In this document: one piece after another, positions 18,751 through 25,547 of the stretch
How the letters are laid out: each line of letters starts with the position of its first letter
How positions within the stretch are numbered: the first letter of the stretch is position 1
DNA from: a virus
Lineage: Duplodnaviria; Caudoviricetes
Strand: one strand, 5' to 3'
Virus record (IMG/VR): IMGVR_UViG_3300025635_000033
Coordinates: 1 to 48,854 of that record
DNA length: 48,854 nt
Notes under the pieces: model-generated
Told to the model about the DNA's origin: nothing
Database searches by the model: none
What the model saw: the letters and a program-made list of their open reading frames with translations, nothing else
Translations under genes and position numbers: made by a program

Positions 18751-18779
18751 TTGACATCGACATACATGCGACATACATT
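18751..18779 (+). promoter_or_regulatory. Sigma70-type early promoter
   Basis: TTGACA-17 nt-TACATT upstream of the rightward small-gene cluster. Confidence 0.75.
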
Positions 18780-18806
18780 TCAGACACTGCAACGGGAGAC
18801 GCGCCA

Positions 18807-19022
18807 ATGCTTACAACAACGCAGACGACCGAGAAGAGCTACGACGTTCGCCACGGGCGCCGCACCATCGGCTCCCTTGTTCACATGTCCGGCGCGGTTC
18901 CGACTGGTTGGCGCTTCATCGCCAACAAGCCGAACGTTGCCGCGATGATGCCCGTCCCGGCGCCCGTGTTCGCCACAGCCGACGAGGCTTTGGCGGATCT
19001 TCGCTCGCGCTTTCCCGCCTGA
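18807..19022 (+). CDS. Small early hypothetical protein (71 aa)
   Basis: GGGAG Shine-Dalgarno then ATG 18807, MLTTTQTTEKSYDVRHG. Confidence 0.7.
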   Translation: MLTTTQTTEKSYDVRHGRRTIGSLVHMSGAVPTGWRFIANKPNVAAMMPVPAPVFATADEALADLRSRFPA

Positions 19023-19051
19023 CAACCATTCACCGCTAGGAGACCCCGCCA

Positions 19052-19192
19052 ATGACCTACACCGCAACAACCTACCTTGAAGCCGCCAACACCGCGCGCC
19101 GACTGCGCGCAATCTACGGCCGCGACGGCTGGACCGTAACCATCGTTCGCCCGCTCTTCGCTGGCGATACCTACCGCATCAACGTCGCGTAG
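19052..19192 (+). CDS. Small early hypothetical protein (46 aa)
   Basis: Not in ORF track. AGGAG SD, MTYTATTYLEAANTARRLRAIYGRDGWTVTIVRPLFAGDTYRINVA. Confidence 0.7.
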   Translation: MTYTATTYLEAANTARRLRAIYGRDGWTVTIVRPLFAGDTYRINVA

Positions 19193-19204
19193 GGAGACCC
19201 CGCT

Positions 19205-19483
19205 ATGGCGCACGCTCTTGATTTCGTTCCTGGCCAAGAGGTCGGCTACGGCAACAACACGCTGATCCCCGGCCAGCGTGTCGAGCTATCACCGCACCTT
19301 GATCGTTGGATGATGGGCGACCGTTACGGGACCGTCGTCGGATACGCCACCCCGGCCAAGGGGGTCAGCGTCATCGCCGAACGCGGTCGAGTTCGCGAAG
19401 ACGGTGCCGTGATCTATGCCGTTAAACTCGACGTCAGCGGCAAGCGGATCATGCTCGCATCGACCAATCTTCAGCCGCGTTGA
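19205..19483 (+). CDS. Small early protein, SH3-like barrel predicted
   Basis: GGGAG SD. PGQRVELSP...GDRYGTVVG...YAVKLD pattern. Confidence 0.7.
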   Translation: MAHALDFVPGQEVGYGNNTLIPGQRVELSPHLDRWMMGDRYGTVVGYATPAKGVSVIAERGRVREDGAVIYAVKLDVSGKRIMLASTNLQPR

Positions 19484-19518
19484 ACGTCTGAAATTACACA
19501 CAACAACGGGAGACAATC

Positions 19519-19947
19519 ATGCCTGAATTTACCCTCGACCGCGGCACGCCAGAAAGCGCCCGCACCTTCGACGCCCTCGACGCTTTCACGCAGGCTTACG
19601 TCGAGGCAATGTTCTGGACCAACGCCAGCACCCCGGATGATGGCGACCTTGAGGGCGCCACGTTCGCAGAGCTCGCGCTCGACGCCCTCGACAGGATCAA
19701 GGCAGACTGCGCGACGTTCCAGGAAGCCAACGCCGACTTGTTGGCAGAGGCTTACGCCCGCCCCGGCTATGGCGACGAGTCGCAGGCTGGCCATGACTTC
19801 TGGCTCACGCGCAACGGGCATGGCGTCGGGTTCTGGGATCGCGACGCCCTCGACGCTGACGGGCTTGGCGAGCGCCTGACCGAAGCGTGCGGCCGGACTG
19901 AAATCGACGTGTACCGCGGCGATGACGGCCTGATTTACCTTGGTTGA
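19519..19947 (+). CDS. Acidic phage early protein with GHDFWLTRNGHGxGFWDR motif
   Basis: 142 aa, starts inside the repeat. Motif recalled from a phage family of unknown function. Confidence 0.8.
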   Translation: MPEFTLDRGTPESARTFDALDAFTQAYVEAMFWTNASTPDDGDLEGATFAELALDALDRIKADCATFQEANADLLAEAYARPGYGDESQAGHDFWLTRNGHGVGFWDRDALDADGLGERLTEACGRTEIDVYRGDDGLIYLG

Positions 19948-19984
19948 AGCGTCTGAAATCACGCGCAACAACGGGAGACAGACA

Positions 19985-20404
19985 ATGGATACCATCTGGA
20001 CCTTTGAAACCGCACGCTTCACCGTGCGTTGCATCGCGTCATACGACCGGGACCCGGATTTGTCCTGGCGCGACGCCGACCAGGTCGAATACGACGCGGC
20101 GGACGGTGTCGAATATTTCAATTTCGACATCGTCGTCACTCTGGACGGTGACGAAATCGCCCGCGACTCTTTGGGCGGTTCCGGCTACGCCAACCCGTCC
20201 GATTTCGTGCGCGAGCATCGCGACCCCAATTCGATGAACCGCAATTGCACGATCCGCCGGGAGGCTCACGATACCATCGTTGGCCACTATTTCCCCGACA
20301 TGGTGCGGACTGCCGTTCGCGAGGCACGCAACGCGCCGGAGCGTCTGCGCTCCGTGCCGCTGCGCAGTGACCGGCTGCGCACGGACATCCCCCTCAACGT
20401 CTGA
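19985..20404 (+). CDS. Early hypothetical protein
   Basis: ATG 19985 after repeat SD. DSLGGSGY and YFPDMVRTAVREAR motifs. Stop codon lies inside the next repeat copy. Confidence 0.75.
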   Translation: MDTIWTFETARFTVRCIASYDRDPDLSWRDADQVEYDAADGVEYFNFDIVVTLDGDEIARDSLGGSGYANPSDFVREHRDPNSMNRNCTIRREAHDTIVGHYFPDMVRTAVREARNAPERLRSVPLRSDRLRTDIPLNV

Positions 20405-20431
20405 AATTACACACGACAACGGGAGACAATC

Positions 20432-20788
20432 ATGGATGACAAGTTTTTAGCTGCAGTGAAGCGCATGGAAAACCGCACGGCACGGACCAGGGCTTACGTC
20501 GTGTGCCATCCGGACACCCCGACGAATTGGGGCCGAATCGTCATCAGCTACCCCGCTGACGGTGCTAGCAGGCTCTACGCGATTGCCTGGCTGCCTGGCG
20601 AGACGGGAAAGACCATCCGCCACCACGGGCACGCCAACGGCTACGGCTACGACAAGGCAACCGCTGCGATGGGTGGCGCCGCATTCTACGACCTGAAGGC
20701 AGGCGAGACGCGCAAGCTGGCCGATCAAGGCCTTGATTTTCGACGCCAGCTCGAGAATGCGGGCTACGTCGTGATTCAGGCAGTGTGA
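20432..20788 (+). CDS. Early hypothetical protein with GxAxGYGYDK motif
   Basis: 118 aa, starts inside the third repeat copy. Confidence 0.75.
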   Translation: MDDKFLAAVKRMENRTARTRAYVVCHPDTPTNWGRIVISYPADGASRLYAIAWLPGETGKTIRHHGHANGYGYDKATAAMGGAAFYDLKAGETRKLADQGLDFRRQLENAGYVVIQAV

Positions 20789-20791
20789 GTC

Positions 20792-20989
20792 GTGAACACC
20801 TGCAACAATTCTCCGGTCGGCTCGCGCGTCATTGCCAACGGGTATCCCGGCACGGTCACGCGCAATCGTCACTCCGAAGGGTCGGCTTGGCTCGGCGAGA
20901 TGGTCGAGGTTCGTTTGGCTCGCGGCACCGTGTGCATTCCGGACCGCGTGCCCGACGTCATCCCCGCGTCGAAGGATGGCGCCGCGTGA
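20792..20989 (+). CDS. Small early protein, SH3-like
   Basis: 65 aa, VGSRVIANGYPGTVT...MVEVRLARG. Confidence 0.6.
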   Translation: MNTCNNSPVGSRVIANGYPGTVTRNRHSEGSAWLGEMVEVRLARGTVCIPDRVPDVIPASKDGAA

Positions 20990-21123
20990 TCGCCGCAGCG
21001 TTCCTCTTCGTGGCACTGGCCTGTGTGTTTGCGATAGGACCCGCCCTCGCTGGTCGCCTCGCAGCCTGGCTTGTGAGACGCCAGAAATGGCGACATACAA
21101 ATCGGATGGATCAGGGGCCGTGA
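20986..21123 (+). CDS. Small membrane protein (45 aa)
   Basis: GTGA overlap, MIAAAFLFVALACVFAIGPALAG. Confidence 0.5.
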   Translation: MIAAAFLFVALACVFAIGPALAGRLAAWLVRRQKWRHTNRMDQGP

Positions 21124-21136
21124 TAGGCCCCTTTTT
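21114..21136 (+). terminator. Intrinsic terminator of early cluster
   Basis: GGGGCC-GTGATA-GGCCCC-TTTTT. Confidence 0.8.
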
Positions 21137-21157
21137 CATGCCTGCGGTTCCCGCCCG

Positions 21158-21420
21158 TCTCCCCCTAAAGGGGGAGAGGGACGAGACGCAACGGGACGCA
21201 GACGACGACACGCAACGACACGCAAAAACAAAAATCCGCGTTTTATCGTTCATTTTCAACGCGCTACACGCGACGACACGCAACGACACGCACGGCACGC
21301 ATCCGACATACAACGTGTATTCTTGACAGTGACAACACGCAACACCCTAGAATCGTTGTAGCTCAATGGTTTACACGCGACGACACGCAACGACACGCGC
21401 GACGACACGCGCCATACAAA
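21158..21420. repeat. Putative replication origin: hairpin plus iterons with AT-rich spacers
   Basis: TCTCCCCC-TAAA-GGGGGAGA hairpin. CGACGACACGCAACGACACGC at 21203, 21271 and 21378. Adjacent to the 3' end of primase-helicase. Confidence 0.7.
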
Positions 21421-21434
21421 ACCGCCCCTCAGCA

Positions 21435-23708
21435 TCAACCGAACACCCCGACCCGGACACCAACCCCGGCATGGTCCGCGGTCACTACTTCATAGCCTGC
21501 GACCTTGTTGCGGCTGCTCCCTGTCCATTCCACCGGACGCACGGCGCCGCGCCGGATCAAGTCGGAGATGATGCCTTCTACCTCTCCCTGGCGAACGTCT
21601 CCAACGTGCTCGGCATATTCGCGCTTCAGGATTTTGGGCGCATAGGCTCCCGACCGCGGCGATAGGTTCAAGGCGCGCCGGTCGACCTGCGCAGCTGCCA
21701 GCGCAGCCAGCACCGCCCGCGCTTCCTGCGCTTCGAGCGATGGCGCACGGCCGCTGGCAGCCCCCGAAACGCCCAGCGCGCCGCCAGCCTCACGACTGGC
21801 CACCGCCTCGCCCGAACCGCCCCAGGATTCCACGGCACCCTTTAAAGCGTTTAGATCAATTTCCGGCTTGGATTCGCCCGTCATCTCGAATGCGCCTCGA
21901 GACCATTTCAGGCGCAGCAGGTTTCCGGCCGGGCCGTAGTTGGACTTGGCACCCTCCAATTCGCGCACGGCGCCCTTTTTCTTGTCGTCGGGGTAGCGAA
22001 GGTAGATGCGCGAGCGGGCGGCGTTGGACCAGGCTGTAGAGCCGCTGCGACCCTCGCCGCGCCCGGCGACCGACGGATGACCCAAGGCCACCGTGGAGCC
22101 GCCCACGGCCTTCGCCAGCCCGCCCAGGATCATCTTTACGAACGTGTTGACCTGGCCGCGGTCGATTTCGGAGCCGCCGAACGTGTCGGCGATCGTGTCG
22201 ACCACCACGACATCGGCACCCCACGCCACGGCATCGGCCCGCACCTGATGCCAGAAGGGGGTGGGCACCACCTTGCCGGACGCGCGGTTGACGACGGCCA
22301 GCAGGTTGTCTTCGCCGGTGCGCGAGACCATGCGGAACCGGCCGCCCAGATCAAGCGAAGTTAGCCCGAGATGGCTCAATATCGCCTTGTGGCGGCGATG
22401 CAGCTCGTCGTCGTCGTCCTCGCAGAACACGGCCATCACGCGCGCCTGGCGCGTCTTCTGGCCCAGCCAGTCGCGGCCGGCGGCGGCACACACGGCGTAC
22501 TGGTGGATGAGCAGCGTCTTTCCGATGCCGCCCTCGCCGTACAGCAGCGTCACCTGGCGGCGCGGGATCCAGCCTTCGACCTCCCACTCCCGCGGGGGCG
22601 TCTCTTCGCCGTCCCACTCCGCAGGGTCGCGCCAGCGGATAGGGTCCAGCTCGGGTTTTTCGGGCGCCTGCGGGGCGCTGTCGAACGGGCTGGCACTTCC
22701 GGCCCCCGAACCGTCGAACCACGTCTCAGCGGCCCGGAATTGCCCGCCGCCATGCTGCTCGGCCAGGGCGTAGAGATACTGCGCGCCGACCTGGTAGGGT
22801 GGCTTCATGCGGCGCCAGTCGGCGGACACGACGTCAGGGTCGTTGTCACCGTCCGTCCAGCGCGCCGCCCATTCCTGGAACAGCTCGAGGCCGGCGGCAT
22901 CATCCTGTGTCGCGCCCTTGATGGCGTAACCGACGCGAACGTAATCGTCGTAGGTCGGGAACAGGGCGGATGTGTTGGGGAGTGCTGCGACGGCGCGCGC
23001 AACGGTGTCGGGATCGCCGAGCAGCTGGCGCTGATCAACGTTGGTGGCGGCTGCGGCCGCACTCTCGACGTGCCGGGCGGCCTTGGGCAGGCGCTGCAGC
23101 AGGAGCTCGAAGAAGGCGTTTAGATCGGCCGGCGTGACGAGCGGCAGCGCGTCGTAGTTCAGCAGCCCATCCGGCCAGCTGTACGGCGCGCCCGTGCCGG
23201 GGTGAACGCCATGCGCCACGAATTGCCGGTCGTCTGACAGGAGCTCGACGCGGGCCTCGGCGCCCTTGGGGTACTCAAACCCGTCGTCGAACAGGACACG
23301 CTGGTAGGGGGTGACGTCGGTGACGCGATAGAGCATCAGGCGCTTGGGCCAGCGGCCTATGCGGATGCTCGTCTCGCCCAGGTTCAACTCGGCGAGGGCC
23401 TGGCACTCATCGGCCAACTGTTCGTCGAGCGTGTCGATGTCGACGGCGACGAGGCCGGCGCCGGTGCGGATGCCGACGCCCGCGCCCATCGCGTGCCAGT
23501 CGTTGAGGTCGGCTTCCGACGTGACATGCGGCAGCCAGTTGAAGCCCTGCCACGTCCCGTCTGGGCGCTTGACGCCTGGGGCCTTGCCGACGGCCTTGGG
23601 GCGCTTGGCCAGCGACGACTTGATGGAGATGAGCGAGCCCGGAGGCACGATCGGGACGAGGCGGTGATACCCCGCATCGTAAAACTTGCGAAACGGGTTT
23701 TCCGTCAT
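21435..23708 (-). CDS. Bifunctional primase-polymerase / PriCT-2 / RecA-like (AAA_25) helicase
   Basis: GVGIRTG...VAVDID, RQFVAHGVHPGTG, YDDYVRVGYAIK, Walker A GEGGIGKT, VVVVDT, GSTAWSNAARSR, KSNYGP. Confidence 0.92.
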   Translation of the reverse strand: MTENPFRKFYDAGYHRLVPIVPPGSLISIKSSLAKRPKAVGKAPGVKRPDGTWQGFNWLPHVTSEADLNDWHAMGAGVGIRTGAGLVAVDIDTLDEQLADECQALAELNLGETSIRIGRWPKRLMLYRVTDVTPYQRVLFDDGFEYPKGAEARVELLSDDRQFVAHGVHPGTGAPYSWPDGLLNYDALPLVTPADLNAFFELLLQRLPKAARHVESAAAAATNVDQRQLLGDPDTVARAVAALPNTSALFPTYDDYVRVGYAIKGATQDDAAGLELFQEWAARWTDGDNDPDVVSADWRRMKPPYQVGAQYLYALAEQHGGGQFRAAETWFDGSGAGSASPFDSAPQAPEKPELDPIRWRDPAEWDGEETPPREWEVEGWIPRRQVTLLYGEGGIGKTLLIHQYAVCAAAGRDWLGQKTRQARVMAVFCEDDDDELHRRHKAILSHLGLTSLDLGGRFRMVSRTGEDNLLAVVNRASGKVVPTPFWHQVRADAVAWGADVVVVDTIADTFGGSEIDRGQVNTFVKMILGGLAKAVGGSTVALGHPSVAGRGEGRSGSTAWSNAARSRIYLRYPDDKKKGAVRELEGAKSNYGPAGNLLRLKWSRGAFEMTGESKPEIDLNALKGAVESWGGSGEAVASREAGGALGVSGAASGRAPSLEAQEARAVLAALAAAQVDRRALNLSPRSGAYAPKILKREYAEHVGDVRQGEVEGIISDLIRRGAVRPVEWTGSSRNKVAGYEVVTADHAGVGVRVGVFG

Positions 23709-23779
23709 GCTATCCCTTAGAGGTGATTCGCGCGGGGCCGCGCAATGTAGCCGATGTAGGGTGGTGTCTGGAAGCGGTG

Positions 23780-24034
23780 TCAGACAGTCGGTCGAACCTT
23801 CGGCGATAGGGTTACATGCGCTTCGGCTTCTCTAGCGCGACGATCGGCTTCTTCGGCGGTCATGTTGGGATAGGCGAACGTAAGTTCTCCACGCACCCAG
23901 GACTTGCGCTGCTCGCGCCACATCTCGGCCTGTTCGTCAGGCGTCATCGCTTCGTACCGGGCTTGCGCTTTGTCGAGCAGATCCTTCAATTCCGGGTCTA
24001 TCGGCCCGGTCGGCGCGAACATCGACATCGTCAT
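23780..24034 (-). CDS. Hypothetical protein (84 aa)
   Basis: GGGAG SD, MTPDEQAEMWREQRKSWVRGE. Confidence 0.7.
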   Translation of the reverse strand: MTMSMFAPTGPIDPELKDLLDKAQARYEAMTPDEQAEMWREQRKSWVRGELTFAYPNMTAEEADRRAREAEAHVTLSPKVRPTV

Positions 24035-24039
24035 CTCCC

Positions 24040-24216
24040 TCAGTCAAACACGCCGCTGCTCTGCTTGGCGGCAACAACGGCCTTCTGGCGCCGCAGGAAC
24101 TCAGGCACCGTAAGGTCGGGCTCGTAGATGCTGCTGCGCACGAACCGGACGTGTGCGCAGCGCTCGTCGTGGGCGCCGCCTGGACGATCGCAGGTGCAAG
24201 GTGGCGGGAGGTCCAT
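24040..24216 (-). CDS. Small Cys/His protein (58 aa)
   Basis: Not in ORF track. MDLPPPCTCDRPGGAHDERCAH...DLTVPEFLRRQK...SSGVFD, TGATG coupled to upstream gene. Confidence 0.65.
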   Translation of the reverse strand: MDLPPPCTCDRPGGAHDERCAHVRFVRSSIYEPDLTVPEFLRRQKAVVAAKQSSGVFD

Positions 24217-24506
24217 CAGTCGAACACACTGCCCGTCGTTTCAGCGCCACCGCCCGCTTTGCCGACAGCCGCTTGAGGCTGCGGCTCTTGCGCCGCACGC
24301 AACGAAGGGTGCGGCCCCTCGCCGAGCGGTGGCTGTGAAACGACAGGCGGGAATGCCTCGTCGACGACGGCCTGCAACGTGGCGGCCGTGAACGTGTAGA
24401 CGTTGCCGGCGTCGTGGACTTCGAGCGTCACAGGCTCGCCTGGCGTGTAGGCGTAGACGGCGAAGCCCAGGGTGGGGTGCGCGGCGCGGAGGTCGTCGAG
24501 GGTCAT
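24216..24506 (-). CDS. Hypothetical protein
   Basis: ATGA-coupled start 24506, MTLDDLRAAHPTLGFAVYAY, ends GSVFD. Confidence 0.7.
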   Translation of the reverse strand: MTLDDLRAAHPTLGFAVYAYTPGEPVTLEVHDAGNVYTFTAATLQAVVDEAFPPVVSQPPLGEGPHPSLRAAQEPQPQAAVGKAGGGAETTGSVFD

Positions 24507-24718
24507 GCCGACACCTTCAGCCGATACTGCCACCACGGCGTCGACCTAGCGTAGTCGTGGAGGTGCGGCTTCAACTGCATCAACCGCCGCTCGACCCAGC
24601 AGAGCCAGCGCCAACGGTGGTCCCAGGTGCAGACCGGATACCACGCGAACCATCGCGACGCGCCGGTCAACGGGTCGGCGAACTGCATCGTCGGCCAGTC
24701 AGCGTTCGGGTCCTTCAT
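24503..24718 (-). CDS. Trp-rich small phage protein (WFAWxPV...WxWLxxV)
   Basis: ATGA-coupled start 24718. Confidence 0.65.
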   Translation of the reverse strand: MKDPNADWPTMQFADPLTGASRWFAWYPVCTWDHRWRWLCWVERRLMQLKPHLHDYARSTPWWQYRLKVSA

Positions 24719-24924
24719 GCCGTCCCTCCAACAGGCGCCGCCTTGAACATCTCGAAGCTGTCGACGACTGCCGCTGACAGGTACTCGCACGTCCCGTCTT
24801 CGCGAACGAAGGTGAAGCCGTGCCGGTTGGGGACGACGTTGTCGCAGTGGATGTCGCGCGGCTCACCGCCGCCCTTGAAGTAGACGCTGGCGACGTAGGC
24901 GTGAACGGAGTGCTTGGTGATCAT
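24715..24924 (-). CDS. Hypothetical protein (69 aa)
   Basis: ATGA-coupled start 24924 with GGAG SD, MITKHSVHAYVASVYFK. Confidence 0.6.
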   Translation of the reverse strand: MITKHSVHAYVASVYFKGGGEPRDIHCDNVVPNRHGFTFVREDGTCEYLSAAVVDSFEMFKAAPVGGTA

Positions 24925-25019
24925 CGCAGGTCTCCACCGTCGACGTGTTTCAGGTAGGCGATGATGCCGAGAGCGAGGGCAATCATGCCGGTGGCGTAGA
25001 TGAGGGCGCCCCAGGTCAC
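24921..25019 (-). CDS. Small membrane protein (32 aa)
   Basis: Not in ORF track. MTWGALIYATGMIALALGIIAYLKHVDGGDLR. Confidence 0.55.
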   Translation of the reverse strand: MTWGALIYATGMIALALGIIAYLKHVDGGDLR

Positions 25020-25021
25020 GG

Positions 25022-25264
25022 CTACCACTCGTCCGTGACGTCGAGCGCGACAGGCGGATGATTGCCACCAACGACGCAGAGACGCACAGGCTTACCGAAG
25101 AACACGGCCAAGCGTTCGCGCCATGACGGCCTCCACCAGGAAACCAGATACGGGTCCTCGGTACGCAGGATAGGAAGGCCAACACACGGCCCGTGCTGTC
25201 GCTCGTCCCAGCCCTTCGGGGCGCCGAGCATTTCCGATGTGAACTTGGTTCTGACAGGCTGCAC
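25022..25264 (-). CDS. Hypothetical protein (80 aa)
   Basis: GGGAG SD, LGAPKGWDE...CVGLPI...SWWRPSWRER...HPPV. Confidence 0.7.
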   Translation of the reverse strand: MQPVRTKFTSEMLGAPKGWDERQHGPCVGLPILRTEDPYLVSWWRPSWRERLAVFFGKPVRLCVVGGNHPPVALDVTDEW

Positions 25265-25274
25265 GGCGCTCTCC

Positions 25275-25466
25275 CTAATCCAACGCGCCGCGCGGCTGCG
25301 TCAGCTTCTCGCCGTCGCGTGCCAGGCCGGCGCGGATGTAGCCGTTGATGAGCCAGCTGCGGCTGCGGTCCTGCTTCTTGGCAGCCCGCGAGCACGCCGC
25401 CAGTAACTCGGCGGGGATACGCATGGTGGTCGGCTTGACGTTGGTCTTCTGCTTCTTTGCGGCCAC
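25275..25466 (-). CDS. Ribbon-helix-helix (Arc/CopG-like) regulator
   Basis: GTG start with GGAG SD, TTMRIPAELLAAC...DRSRSWLINGYI. Confidence 0.75.
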   Translation of the reverse strand: MAAKKQKTNVKPTTMRIPAELLAACSRAAKKQDRSRSWLINGYIRAGLARDGEKLTQPRGALD

Positions 25467-25496
25467 TATAGTCTCCGTGGTTGTGACGCTGTCGGG

Positions 25497-25526
25497 AGTG
25501 TATGTCTGTTGTATTGCATATGTCAA
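25497..25526 (-). promoter_or_regulatory. Sigma70-type promoter
   Basis: TTGACA-18 nt-TACACT on the minus strand, with CAGACATACA overlapping the -10. Confidence 0.6.
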
Positions 25527-25547
25527 CAGACGGATCAGACAAAATAG

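Larger units (their letters stand above)
19483..20434 (+). repeat. Three copies of a 33-39 bp intergenic repeat containing the ribosome-binding site
   Basis: AACGTCTGAAATTACACAC(A/G)ACAACGGGAGACAATCATG at 19483-19521 and 20396-20434 (38/39 identical). Variant at 19948-19980 (29/33). Confidence 0.95.

Noticed and set aside
19483-20434. CRISPR array from the 39-bp repeats
   Set aside because: Intervals are over 400 bp and are whole genes. The repeat contains the SD and start codon, and there is no cas operon.
21203-21410. CRISPR array or coding repeat
   Set aside because: Short internally repetitive units with irregular spacing fit iterons better. Overlapping ORF calls are low-complexity artefacts.
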